This document shows positions 48,499 to 62,470 of a stretch of 64,000 bases of DNA, piece by piece; within the stretch, counting starts at the first letter, position 1, and each line of letters opens with the position of its first letter. The notes below the pieces were generated by a model. It made no database searches, was not told the DNA's origin, and saw only the letters and a list, made by a program, of their open reading frames with translations. The stretch spans positions 27,870-91,869 of the forward strand of contig CALSCP010001419.1 in NCBI GenBank assembly GCA_943704425.1, written 5' to 3'. This DNA comes from Ministeria vibrans ATCC 50519. Its lineage: Eukaryota; Protista; Filasterea. Made by a program: the position numbers and the translations under genes.

Positions 48499-50360
48499 TC
48501 ATGACGAACGATGGAGCTCACGCTGAATGCGTCGGTCAAGCTCACGAATAACACGGTCATCTTGGGTGTACACGCCCGACTGGAGCAGTCCCGTACGCTC
48601 CTGTCGCAGTCGCGCAATTTCCTTGCTACAGTTGCTTCCACCGCCCTCGCCACTCTCATTCTCACTGTTTTCGCTCGTTGTCTCCTTTTTCTTCTTCTTC
48701 AGCTGCTGCTCCTGCTCTGTCTCAGCCATTTGTGCGTGCAGCTCGCGCAGCCGCCGTCGCACATCCTCCAGCTCTGTCTGCTCCTGCATGGTCAAATCAT
48801 GCTCCTCGCGTGCCAAGTAGCGCATTCGCATGTGCTCGAGCTCGCGCGCCTCACGGCCCAGTCGCGTACGCTCAGCCACTGCTTCGCGTCGCCGCACGGT
48901 TGCCAACTCCTGTAACGCCCGTGACCACTGTCGTTTGTAGTGCTGCTTGCTGCGCTCCATCTTGACCAACTCATCTTGTGTGCGTGCCGCTGCGCCCTCC
49001 ATTCGCGCCAAATCGCTCAAGAGCTGTCCTTCGGTTCGTGCACGCCACTTGCTCTCCTGCTCCTCTAGCGCTCGCTCCAACTCACGCACTCGTGCCGTTT
49101 TTTCCACACAAAGTCCTTCTGCCTCGCGCACCCGCCGTGTCAACATCTGCACCTTGTCACGCTCTTCGTCGCGCTCTGCCACCGCATGTCGTCTCAGTCG
49201 CTCAGCGTCGCTCTCCAACTCACGCGCCGCCTGAGCCCGCTCGCGTGTCAGTGCCTGCCGCTCTTCACTCAGCTCTCGTTCTCCCCGGCGCAGTGCCTCT
49301 TCGCGTCGCTCCAGTTGAGTTGCCGAGTCTCGCAGTGTTGTCTCGAGTCTCTCATATTCACCGAGTCGCGTGGCCAACACTCTCTCGCGCTCTGCATCGC
49401 GTCGCTTCCACTCCTCGGCTAGCGATGCCATCAGCTGCTCTTCACGCTGCGCCAGTTGCTCACGAAACCGTTGCTCCTCGGCCTGTTTCCACAATTCCAT
49501 CTCCAGGGCCACTTGATACTCCTGCGAGTCACGTGATGGGGCGGCCATCGCATGTGCAAACGCATCAGCACTGGTAGTCGAAGGGGGCGCAACGGGCACA
49601 CGACGACCCTGACGATGGTCCACCACAATAGGCGGCCGCACTATTGTCGGCTGCTGCTGGTGGTGTTGACGGTGCTGTGCAGTATCTGGATCGACGACTG
49701 CCTCCACGTACTTGGGAAGAGGTCCTTCGTCGAGCAGCTCCATCACAACACGCGCCTGTGCCACTGTGCTCTCGCGGTCCACGAGAGGCACCCACGCATC
49801 AATGACGCGCGTCTGCTCTAGCGACGTGTCCGTCGAGAACAAGTCAGTGGGGAACACAATGGCGCGCGCAACCGGTTCGTTGGTGTCTGTCGTGCTTGTC
49901 TCGCGCAGCATCTCAATAAAGATAGGTCCGTCTCGGTCAATTTGCTGGGCAAACTCAGCGATGGGTCCGCAGAAGGCAAGCGAAAACACCGCGTCGCACA
50001 CCTCGACCAGCTGGTCGTCGCCCGTAAGCTCGGTAGGTGCTGCGCTGCTCATTACACTAGTTTGATTACCGGTTGCATAGCGAAAGGACCAGCGCACGCG
50101 AATGGGCTGGGCCGGAACAAATTCGAGAATTGAGCGAAGGCGCACAGTGATGCGCAGTCGATGGGGACGGTTGTCGCCATTGGAAGCATTGTCGTCGTCC
50201 CCGTCGTCGCCATTCTTGTCATTTGTGGTGGTGGGAAAGTAAGCTACATGTAGTGGTGGAGGTGTGGGAGAGCGAAGAAGAGAGCGGTCGGGTTGTATGA
50301 CAGATGATGCAGGGGGAGACGATGCTCGAGTAGCCGCGGCACTGGTAGGTGCTGTCGCAG

Positions 50361-50395
<35 letters not shown>

Positions 50396-51944
50396 GTTGC
50401 TGCTGCTGCTGCTGCTGCTGATGCAGCTGCTTCTGGTGATGTTGTTTTTATTGTAGATGCCGGTGCTGACATTGCAGTGACGAGGGCAGGAACGGGAGGG
50501 GACGAAGTGACATGCTCACGTGTGATGCGTACTTGCAACTGATGACGACGATGACTGTCGTTGCTAGAGAGCGACGACGAGAGAGGGTGACCACTGCGCG
50601 TTGATGGCACAGAGGATGGAGTCGAAGGGACACTCGATATGTCACTGTCAAGGTCGTCGCTGAAGTCACCAAGGACAAGATGAGTGGCGTAGGCGAGCTC
50701 GCCCAGAGGAGTTGTAACATGCACTATGGGAGTGCGAGCAGACGTGGGTGCGTCGGTGCTGGGTACCACGTTGATGTCGGCGTGGCCCAGCGCATGCTCG
50801 TCGTGACACAGGTGGATGCGGAGTGCGCCAACTTCGGCGCTGACAAAGGCCGCAATGTCGTTGGCGGGTCCTTGAAGACGAACTGATGCGCGTTCGGGCT
50901 GGAAAAGCCCATGGAAAGGTTGAGTGATGACGTCGCTTCCAAGCAGCGTGTAAAAAAAGAAGAGACCCTGGCCAGTCTCGGAGAGACACGAGTCAGCAAC
51001 GGACTTTGGCAGAGCGTCAAAGTCGACGTCGGCGCCAAGAAGTGTCACGTAGAGTGTTGCTCTGATGATAGGACTCTTCGGAAAGACGTCTGACTGCGGC
51101 GACGACAGCTGGAGCACACCGTCGTGATCGACGACTGCACGTGTTGACGAGGATGCCGTCGAAGACGACGACAAGGGTGTTGACGGAGCGGCTTCGTGGA
51201 CGTGGGGACGTCGAGCGGGCGAGGCAGGAAGGGGCGAGCGAGGGCGCGGCACGCGCGGCTGTGGTTGTGGTGGTTGACTCTGCGTCGTGGCGGTGGTCTC
51301 GAGAGGCTTATCGATGGACTCGGTGAGAAGACGAACAAGGATCTCGGGTCGTCGATGCGAGCCAAGTTTGCCATCTCCACGCGAGCCAAGAAGGGGCAGC
51401 CAGCGGGTGGTGGGGCGAGTGGCAGAGCGCAGGTCCACCAGAGCATAGCCAATGTCGTCGACAAAGCCACCGCCGGGCCCGGCCACCTTGCATATGAGTT
51501 TGATGGGAGTGCGCTGAAGACGGTGTGCATGCAGTGCCGCATCGTCGAGTTCCCACGCGAGTTGTTGACCGGCAAAATCCGGTTCAAATGAAAGCGCAAC
51601 CGGATCACTCTCGAGCACAGCACCGTCAAACTTGGCCTGCAGCACAATCGATTGCGCAGCTGGTTTTGACGTTGCTGATGCACCAGAGGATGCTCTCACA
51701 GGAGGAAATGATCTCCCTAAGCCAAAGAATACAGAATTTTTGAATTTGTTTTTTCTTTTTTTTTTGAATTTTCGTAAGTTTTTTGCGAAACGTTCCATTT
51801 GGGTTTGGGACGAAGAAACCCAGATCATTAACAAGTAAAAAGACATGACTGACTGAGTTGCTGTCGAATGCAAAGTGGGTGAGAGCGTGTACCTTTCAAG
51901 AGCTCGACAACCAGCAGATGGTCCGCCTTGACAGTGCGACTCAT
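48499..51944 (-). CDS. CEP120: Centrosomal protein CEP120
   Basis: AKFDGAVLESDPV..LAWELD..HRLQRTPIKL, FFFYTLLG.D, FQPERASVR, EYQVALEMELWK, SKQHYKRQW, LLQSGVYTQDDRVIRELD; first exon from ATG 51944. Confidence 0.92.
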
Positions 51945-52157
51945 CACAAAACAGGGGCTTTCTTTTTACTTTTTCACCGGTGTGAGTAGACTGGGATCCA
52001 GAACAATGATGATGAATGAATCTATATTGAAGCCTCAGTGAGGTTCAGAGAAGAAAAGGTAAAAAAAAGTGTAAAGATCGAAAAGTCAAAACTCAATGAA
52101 TAATTCTTTTTATTGTTCTTCAGGCGTTCATCGCACTCTCGACGAGATTATCACGAG

Positions 52158-55123
52158 ATGGTACGGCGTGCGTGCCCACAAGCCGATCCCATGTGCATTG
52201 TTCGGATGTGCGGGAGAGACGTTTCCCGAAAGTGACCTCTGTCATCCGCGCCGTCGCCACGCTGCCCCATCCTCCCCCCCTCTCCCCGCAAACCTTCATC
52301 ATTGTCATGATTTCCCTCCCACTTTTTCCTTCTCGTCACTTTCGTCCCTTTTTTTTCTTTTTTTTTTTTTTTTTTTGCTCTCTTGCGCTACCAACATTTT
52401 TGTCGTCCAAAATTCTCGTTCATCTGATGCCCCTTTTGCCTTTCTCTCACCTGTAGTCTCGCCAAGCTGTCAACAATGACCAGGACAAGCTGTTGCAAGA
52501 GGCACTTCAGGTTAGGAATGACTCGATTTTGGACATTAAAAAAAATGTTGCCATCGAAAATGTGTGTTGTTTCTCGTTCGCTTCATTGACAATCCTATGA
52601 CGCAACTGCTGTGCCCGAAACGCCGCAAATCCTTTCAATGGACGCACTTTGTACCAGTGTGCGTGTGTCCGGTGTCGTATTGATTGCGGAGACGACCGCT
52701 TTTTCCCCAAACGCGAACCGCGTCGGCAACTCGGCGAATTTCACGCGTCATCTGCTGTTTTGCTGGCCGAGATCACAGCCATATAAGGGTCAATGTGCTA
52801 CCTGAGATGGATTGGTGCACAGCGAATCCTTGTGTCTGCTTCGCAACGGCGTGTATGTGTCGTGTTTGATATTACCAGTGCATTTCTATTATGTGGATTC
52901 GCTTTATTTTATTTTTCTCGCGGCCCCCACAATGTGAGGCAGTGCGAAGTGTCCCGTGCAATGTTTGGTGTTAAGTATGGTTCATGCTGTATACGCTTTG
53001 AATGTGCTCGTGTTGATATAATAATTTTATTCTCGTTATTATGTTATAAGACGATTATTATGTTGTAAGAAGACCACAATCACAATAATATAATAATAAA
53101 TTTATTATTCTTATCATTATTCTTATTCATTTCATTTTATTATACTATTTTTCATTTCTATTATTATAATTATTATGATCACAAACTAAAAACGACAACA
53201 CGATATTGTTATATTATCTTTTTTTGGTTTGAATGTTGTGCCTAGTGTGTTCGTCGTTTGGCGTATTGATGTGTATGTTGTCTCTTTCTTTTCTCAGGTT
53301 GCCAAGCAACATGCATTTCAGATGAAGAGATGTCTGGACCAGAACAAACTGATGGATGCGCTGAAGCATTCGTCGTCGATGATCTCTGAGTTGCGCACGT
53401 CTCTCCTGGGTCCCAAGGCCTACTACGAACTCTGTATAGCGACGAACGAAGCACTTGTTGTCTTGGTGTGACTATTATTGACTTTTTTTCTTTAGACATG
53501 ACCATTGAAAACGAACTGCGTCACCTCGAAATGTTTCTTGTGGACGAGTTTGAAAAGGTAACTCAAACTTGAAGAAGACAGACGTCGCGTTTCATCTCAT
53601 ACGTAATGGACCACACAGGGCCGCAAAGTACCCGATCTGTACGAGCTTGTGCAGTATGCGGGGAACATTCTGCCGCGTCTGTACCTCCTCATTACGGTGG
53701 GCATTGTGTACATCAAGACCGAAGAGGCGCCGCGTCGTGACATCCTCAAGGATCTCGTGGAGATGTGTCGGGGCGTGCAGCACCCTCTGCGTGGCCTTTT
53801 CCTCCGCAACTTCCTCCTCAGCATGGCCAAGAACATTCTTCCCGACGTTGAAGAGTAACCAAATTTTATGAGTGATCTCTCATCCTAATGACTTTGTATT
53901 TTTTTTGTATTATTTAGTCGCAACGATGGCGATACACGAGACTCTGTTGAGTTTGTGCTGCTCAACTTTGCAGAAATGAACAAGCTGTGGGTGCGCATGC
54001 AGCATCAGGGCCACTCGCGCGACCGCGAGCGTCGTGAACTCGAGCGCCAACAGCTCAAATTGCTTGTGGGAACGAATCTTGTGCGCCTCAGTCAGCTCGA
54101 GGGAATCGACACGGAAATGTACCTCAACGTAAGAGATGATACTAAATATAAAAATATATTTTTTGTGTTCATTTTCGTACAAAAGTTTTATTGTTAACTC
54201 TTATTACATATTTCTGACCATTATTTATGTTTAGTATGTTCTCACTGGAGTGCTCGAGCAAGTTGTCAGCTGCAAGGACGCGATTGCCCAAGAGTACCTT
54301 ATGGAGTGTGTCATTCAAGTAAGGAATGGTTATTTGAATTTTTTACATTAATTTTATATTTTGCTTTTCTTTGCTTTTCTCATTCTCATTATTTCTTTAG
54401 GTGTTCCCTGACGAGTTCCATTTGGCAACCCTTCAAAAGTTCTTGTCGGCGTGTGCATCGTTGCACAAGTCTGTCAATGTCAAGAATATTGTGATTAGTC
54501 TGCTGGACCGTCTTGCGGCGTTTGCCAAGCGTGACGACACGGAGGGAATTCCTGACGACCTTCAGTTGTTTGACATTTTCTGCGACGAAGCAACGCGCAT
54601 CATTGAAGCGCGCACGGACATGCCGCTGCAACATGCCCTTGCACTCTACGTGTCGCTGACCAACTTGGCCATTTCCTGCTACCCGTCACGTCTCGATCAC
54701 GTCGACTCGGTTCTTGCCAAGGTCTCCGAGCTTCTGACCGCCCGTAGCATCACCAACACGGACGCTCAGGACCCCGCGGCCGGCAGGGAACTCGGAAAGC
54801 TTCTCCGCACTCCCATTGACACCTACAAGAATGTGCTCACTGTGCTGAAGTAGGATTATAGAAACTTTTTTTCCGTGCATTTTTGATATAATTATATTAT
54901 TTTTATTTTATTATAGGCTTGAGAACTTTAGCAGCGCTCTCGATATGCACGGCTACGACTCGCGCAGCGCCATTGCGAGTCACATTGTACAGGCAGTGGT
55001 GACGGCCAACCAGGAGATTGCCAAGCCTGATAAGGTTGTGGCGCTTCTCAATCTCGTGAAGCCACTGCTTGCGGATCAGGTATAAACTCTATTGGGTGTC
55101 GCCTGTTTCCTTTTGATAACACG

Positions 55124-55156
<33 letters not shown>

Positions 55157-55514
55157 TGTCTGTGCGTAGCCCGACCAACCGGATGCGTCCAAGGTCGACC
55201 CTATTGACTTTGCGGAAGAGCAGTCGCTTGTTGCCCGCCTTGTTCATGTTCTGCGCTCTCCCGAGCGTGACGAACAGTACAAGGTAAATAGGGAATGATG
55301 CGTATGTGTTTTAATCTCTAATAATTTGCTTCGTGATGCCTTGCCTCAGATTCTGACAGTGGTGCGCAAGGCATTCGGTGCTGGCGGAGAGACGCGCATC
55401 AAGTACACACTTCCCCCATTGGTCTTTGCTGCACTGCGACTCACTGAGCAGTACCACGCACACAAAGATGAGGTATGGAACAGTCAACGAATCCTCAAAT
55501 GAGAGATATTTGCC

Positions 55515-55569
<55 letters not shown>

Positions 55570-56561
55570 TTGAATTAATTTCTTTTTTTAAAAAAAATTA
55601 TAGGACGAAATGTGGGAGAAGAAGTGCCAGAAGATCTTCCAGTTTTGCCACCAGACCATCACCGCTCTCTCCAAGGCCGAGCTGAGCGAACCGGCGCTCT
55701 ACCTGTTTCTCCAAGTACGACTCATTTTCATTCTGTGTATTCTAAATTGGTTCCCTTTTTTGCATTACAGGGAGCACTCGCGTCTGCTAAGTGCGGGTTT
55801 GAGCACATTGCATACGAGTTCATCTCGCAGGCGTTCACTATCTATGAGGAGGACATCAGCGATAGCAAGGCCCAGCTGCAGGCCGTCATGGTCTTCATTG
55901 GCACCCTTGAGAAGATGCCTATCTTTGGCCAGGACAACTTTGAGGCTCTTTCGACAAAGGTACTTTTCCTATCATTCTCTTTCCAACGTTTATTCTTCGT
56001 CGCCGACCCTTTCCAATATTGTGCATGTTCTTTTCTAATGGAGCATCTCTCATCTCGATTGTTAGTGCGCTCTCAATGCGAAAAAACTGCTCAAGAAACC
56101 CGATCAGTGCCGTGGCGTATTCACTGCGTCGCATCTCTTCTGGTCCGGCAAGACCACTGACACGGAAGGCCAAGAGGTACATACACAAATAAGACTACCG
56201 CTAAGAGAGATGATATCTTTTAATATATTTTTTCATTGTTTGTTTTTAGAAACACGAAGGACAGCGCGTGCTCGAGTGTCTGCAAAAGGCGCTCAAGGTT
56301 GCCGATACATGCATGGACTCGTCGATGAATGTGCATCTGTTTGTCGAAATTCTCAACCGCTATCTGTTCTACTTTGACCATGGCAATGAGGCGGTGCAGG
56401 TCAACTACATTTCCAAGCTGATCGACCTGATCAACAAGAACATGGCGACAATGGAGACCAACGACGACACCGACGCAATCCGTCGCCACTTCCGCAACAC
56501 CGTCGACTACATCAAGGTGAAGAAGGCAGCCGACCCCAAGTACGAGGCCATCGCTGTCTGA
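52158..56561 (+). CDS. VPS35: Retromer subunit VPS35 (many exons; first exon ends at the ATG)
   Basis: [101 protein letters not shown]. The start assignment is less certain than the gene call. Confidence 0.95.
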
Positions 56562-56975
56562 TCGATCGAAAAGTGATAGAGAGAGAATGAAAAAAAACAG
56601 CGGTATCCACTTCGTTGGGTGGGTGTGTGGGAGAGACATAGAGAGGAAAGGGAGAGAGAAACCGAATAATGAAAACGTCTTTTTGAACGAACTTTAAAGT
56701 GATGAATAATAACAGTTTATTTATTTACTGATGATTGGTGTATTTGAATTTATTGAGTTTTATGGACATTGTGTGACGTGTGTAAGGTGGTTATGAAATA
56801 ATATTAATTTATTGAACTCGTTTAAGTGATGAATACAATACGTATGTACGAATACGAGGAGTTGTCGATTAAGAATTAAGAAAAAGTCTTAGAGAATAAA
56901 TTAATATTATTTTGATCTTTGACCATAATTATTGTCTTCTTCTTCTTCTTCTAATTATTTTCATTTTTGTATTGA

Positions 56976-59278
56976 ATGCGCCCGCTGCCGTCAGTACGAC
57001 TACTGCGATCTTTCGCACAATCGACTGCGTTCTTTCGCAGAAGAAAATCGACAGCACCGAACACGAAAATTTTGGAGGCGAGTGAATTTCCTCCGGAACG
57101 CGTTCGCAACTTCACCATCTGTGCACACATCGATCATGGAAGTAGGTGACGGGGGAGGTGGGGGGTGACAGCAGGGAATAGAGTAACACAGGACGACATA
57201 GAGAGTACGCTTGCCGATCGACTGCTGGAGCAGACGGGCACGGTCGTCTCGTCCAAAATCAACCCGCAGCACCTCGACAGCCTGCCCGTGGAGCGCGATC
57301 GAGGCATCACCGTACGAGCCGCAGTCGCTAGCATGCTTTACGACAGCCATTTGCTCAATCTCATTGACGCGCCAGGCCACTCCGACTTTCGCCTCGAGGT
57401 ATTGTGCTGCTGCGTGTCTCGCTCTCGAACACACTTGAATGAACGCGTGAGCACACTCTTTTAGGTCATCACCTCACTGACAGCGTGTCAGGGTGTCCTC
57501 CTTCTGATCGACTCGACACAGGGCGTCCAAGTACGCGATCCAAGCAATCACACTTGTGTGTCACGTCTCATGCATGTCATTTCATGTACCCCACTCTCTT
57601 CCTCACTAGGCTCAAACGCTCTCGGCGTACCAGTCGGCCAAGGACGCAGGCTGTGTCATTATCCCTGTCCTCAGCAAGATTGATCTGCCCACCGCCGAGC
57701 CCGCCATGTGCATGGAACAAATGGTGTCGTTACTGCCGGACCTTGACCCTGAAAGCTCCATTTGGATCAGTGCCAAAACTGGCGAAGGTTGCGACGAAAT
57801 ACTTCCGGCAGTCCTCAAGCGCATTCCACCCCCCGCACCGTCGCCCACCAATGCACCTCTGCAAGCACTTGTTTTTGGCTTCAGTCACGACCGCCACCGT
57901 GGTATTGTGACGGTCGTGTCGCTTAAGGGCGGCTCAGTGCGCAAGGGCGACACTATTCAGTCGCTGTACAGCAAAGCAACCTTTGAAGTGCAAGAGGTTG
58001 GTCTGCTTCGTCCCCGCCAGCAACCCTGTGCGGCTCTTCATACCGGCCAAGTTGGCTATGTCGTGGCTTCCATCCGCGACGCCTCCCTCGTGCCCCTTGG
58101 TGACACCCTTTGCACCCCAAATGCAGACCGTAAGTCCAAAGAAGCAATTAAAAAAACAAAAAAAACTTAGCTTTGTCTGTTAGTGGAGCCGCATCCAGCG
58201 TTTGCCATTGCGCAGCCCGTCGTGTACTCGGGACTGTACCCCATCGACGCCAGTCAGCACGACCAAATCAGCGCAAGCGTCCACAAGCTTGCGTTGACGG
58301 ATCCCGCCGTGTCCATTGCGCGCGAGTCAAGTGTCGCCCTGGGCGCTGGCTTTCGCCTTGGCTTCTTGGGTCTGCTTCACATGGACGTGTTTCTGACGCG
58401 TCTCAACGACGAGTACAACGCCGATGTCATCATGACACCCCCCTCCGTCGAGTACATGGCTGATGTGCGCAGGTCCCACCGCGTCAAAGGTCCCACTCAC
58501 CCCCGTTGTTTCTTTGTTGTTTTAACTTTTCTTTCCTTTCTCTCTTATGTTCACATAATATTATTATAATATTATATTATGCGACTTGATAGGGATCGTT
58601 GAGGAGAAGGTTGAGCGAGTGGAAGTGCGCAATCCGTCCGAGTGGCCAAGTGCCACTGAGCTGGTGCAGTTGTACGAGCCAGTGGTGGACGGGACTCTGA
58701 TCTTTCCCACCGAGTACCTGGGCGCCATGCTGGAGCTTTGCGAGGAGCACCGCGGGACACAGCAGGAGATGCGCATTATTGATTCACAGCGCACCCTAAT
58801 GCGCTACCAGTTGCCCCTCAGTGAGATCATTACGCACTTTTACGATTCGCTGAAGCGCAAGAGTAGCGGATATGCCAGCTTTGAGTATGAGCCCGCCGGA
58901 TTCAGTGCGGCCAATCTGGTCAAGCTTGACTTTCACATTCACCACGAGCCGGTCGATCCCCTGTCGACCATTGTGCCTGCTGGGAAAGCGGCGTCGATGG
59001 GACGGGTCATTTGCAAGCGATTGTGCGAGTCGATTCCCCGCGAGCAGTTTGAAGTGGCCGTACAGGCACTCGTGGGTGGCAAGGTGATTGCGCGCGAGAC
59101 GATCAAGGCGGTGCGCAAGGTGGTTGCATCGTTCAACTCGACGGGAGGTGACAAGTCGCGCAAGGACAAACTCTTGTCGAATCAGAAGGAGAGCAAGAAG
59201 AAGATGAAGCAGTTTGGCCGTGTCAAGGTGTCGCAGGAGACGTTTCTCTCCATTGTGGGGCGCCGACCTGGAAAATGA
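56976..59278 (+). CDS. GUF1: Mitochondrial translation factor GUF1/LepA (EF4)
   Basis: Arg-rich presequence; [69 protein letters not shown]. Confidence 0.93.
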
Positions 59279-59686
59279 TGATCCGCTTCTCTCATGTTGT
59301 AACAATGTAGAAAAATATGCTTTTCATACTGAGACTCCCTCATTTACTTTGAACTATATTTGCCAAGTTCAATGAAATGAATGAGTAGAAATAAATAAAG
59401 GGGAAAGTTTACTCAAGATGAAGAAATACAATAGAACTAATATTGTTAGATATGTTGTTCTCTGCGGTCTCTCTCCGAATTCCTCGAATTTTTCGTACAC
59501 TTGCTGTCAGAGCTTCTTGTGGGTCTATGTCCTATGAGTGCTCCATCTTCTTGGGGCTAGCCTATGGTGGAAGCATCATGTTACTCTTCATTGTATGTGC
59601 ACTATAACTTTTATTAAAGTCAGAATTCAAAGTAATCAGATATTAATTGGAAATGTCTTCTTCTTGACTTCTTCTTCAGATTATTC

Positions 59687-62181
59687 ATGTCTTCTCTGTC
59701 GACGCCCGTCAACGAGGAGTCCGTTGCATGGCTGGGCAAGTCGGAGCGCAATGTGCTCTCGGCCATTGCGGACACTCTCGTGAGCTCGTTGAGTGAGGTA
59801 CACACAAACACACACACGGACAAGACAAAAAATGTATTCTTGTGTGTGACAAGAAGTTCACGGCGACTTCTTTCGTTTGAATGCAGGAGGAGGCATCCGA
59901 CGTGATCAAGCGAACTGCTCCTCTGCGCACAGACCGCCCGACTGTCGATGCCTTTCTCAAGTACACTCCGCAAAAAGCCGCAACACAATCTCCCCTGACG
60001 CTTTTCCTCTCCCCAGACGCCGCGCCACCGACATTCCGAACCTCGTTGCGTCGGTGGCGTCCGCGATCAAGCGACACGCGTCTGTGAATGACTTTACCAC
60101 GCTTCACTTCCTGCTGAAAGTGCTGTCGTGGCGCTGGACTGCGCCACTGTTGACATGGATTCCGTTTGGCGGCAGTTTCGACCAACTGTCGCTTGCCCAG
60201 CGCGAGTCGGTCCTCGTCTGGTGGTCGACGTCGCGTCTTGCGCCTCTCCGTCAGATCTTCCAGGCGTTCAAGCGCCTCGTCATGATTGTGACATTCGCTG
60301 AGCCCACTGAGCCAAACGGGGACAATTGCAACTGGAAGGCCATTGGCTACACCCCGCCGTCGCCCGGCGATCACGACCGCGTTCCCGGTGCTGCGGCGCT
60401 CTCGGCCTTGCCCGTCTCACGCTTCTCGGCGGCTACCCACAAACTTGCCTGTGACGTCGTCGTGGTTGGCTCGGGTGCGGGCGGCGGAGTCACAGCGGCA
60501 GTCACCTCCTCGGCCGGCTCGCACGTCATTGTGCTCGAGAAGGGGGGCGCATTGCGCGACGAGGATTTGCACCAAAACGAACTGCCGAGTTCGCGGCGAC
60601 AGTACGAAGAGGAAGGGGTGCTCACGACGACAGACGCGTCCATTGCGATCCTGGCGGGTGCCACCCTCGGAGGCGGCACCACTCTCAACTGGTGTGCGTC
60701 GTTCAAGCCACCGCCGGCCGTTCTGCAAGAGTGGTCGTCGGGCGAGCACAATTTGAGCAAGTTTACGCCAGGCAGGGGGGAGTTTGAGAAGGCATTTGCA
60801 GTTGTGTCGGAGCGCGTCAACGTGAATATCAACGAGTCTCATCGCAGCGACACCATTCCCACGACCAACCCCGATCTGGTGGTCAACACACAGAACCGCG
60901 TGCTCGAGGAAGGTTGCCACAAACTTGGCTATGCGGTGCGTCCAATTCCACGCAACGTCAAGAACTGTCGTGACTGTGGCGCATGTTGCTTTGGGTGTGC
61001 GCGCGGCGCCAAACAGGATGTGCGGAGGACCTGGCTGCGCGACGCTGTGGACGCACCCGGACCCGGGCGCACCGACATTTTTGTGCATGCGTTCGTTGAA
61101 AAAGTGCTCATTGAGGAGGGACAGGCTGTAGGCGTGTGTGGTCGAGGCGAAACGATTGACGGGGAACTCGTTGACTTTGTGGTGCGCGCCAAGCGAGTGG
61201 TCGTCTCGGCGGGTGCGCTGCACACCCCTGGCGTGCTCATGCGCTCGGGCCTCACCAACCCCCACATTGGTAGTAATCTTCGTTTGCACCCCGTCACGGG
61301 CGTCGTCGGCGAGTGGCGTGACGACCTGGTTGATCCTGTTCCCGCTTACCGTGGCGTTATGATGGGTATAAGAATAACTGATACTAAAAAAGGCATTGTT
61401 ATTATGAATGATAATATTTTATATTGTCATTGTTTTTCATTTGTTAGGGACATACACACACCAGTTTGCAAATCTGAATGGCAATGGGTACGGATTTGCA
61501 ATTGAGACGCCGCCGGTGCACGCGGGACTGTCTGCGTCGGCGATGCCGTGGCCTGGGCGGGTGCGCTTTAAGGAAACGGTGATGACGGCGGCGACGCGCT
61601 CGTCGACTCTCATTGCTATTACGCGCGACTTGGGTTCGGGCAAGATCCGACTGGATCCCGCGGACGGACGCATGCTCGTGGACTACTCGATGAGCGCACC
61701 CGACGAGGCCTGCCTGGTGCGTGCGCAGGAAGAGATGCTGCGAGTGATGCGTGCGTCGGGCAAGCTCAAGCGTCTCGGGACCATGTCGTGCCATTCCGAC
61801 GAGTTTCATCTGGCAAGCGACGGTGACGAGACGTCGCGCGCTGACGAGGACGCCGCCTTTGAGGCGTGGCTCAAGAAGCTGAGCGCACGAGGACTGCCTG
61901 CCAATGCGCACACACTCTTCTCGGCGCACCAGATGGGCTCGGCGCGCATGGGCTCGAGTCCAACGCACTCGGCGGTAAACCCCGACGGCGAGACGTGGGA
62001 GTGCAAGGGTCTCTATGTGGCCGACTGCTCACTGTTCCCCACCGCTCTCGGCATCAACCCCATGATCACTTGCGAGACTATCAGCTACATGGTGGCGCGT
62101 GGCGTCGCCGCCTCCCTCGGCCACTCCGCCGAGTATCCTCCGGTGAACAAGGATCACTCACGTGGCACATTTGATTGGTGA
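59687..62181 (+). CDS. Long-chain fatty alcohol oxidase (GMC oxidoreductase, FAO family)
   Basis: NWKAIGY, DVVVVGSGAGGG, LGGGTTLNW, CGACCFGC..GAKQ, GALHTP, NLRLHP, SAHQMGS, LGINPM. Confidence 0.9.
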
Positions 62182-62276
62182 ACGATAAAAATAAAACTTA
62201 ATTTCCTTTTCTTACGTATCGTACGTTTCCATTACAAAGAAACCAATACTAATTATAAATATTATAATAATAATTA

Positions 62277-62310
<34 letters not shown>

Positions 62311-62470
62311 CATATTATTGTTGATACTTTTACAATCGATCATGGGTTTTACAATCGATCATGGGGGGGATTCCTCAAAATCAAAGATATTATTACTATT
62401 CCTNNNNNNNNNNGGGGGGGGGGGGGGATTCCTCAAAATCAAAGATATTATTACTATTCCTTTTATTTTA

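Noticed and set aside
62364-62461. Direct repeat of ~40 bp around the N-gap after the FAO gene
   Set aside because: Gap-flanking overlap artefact at a poly-G tract.
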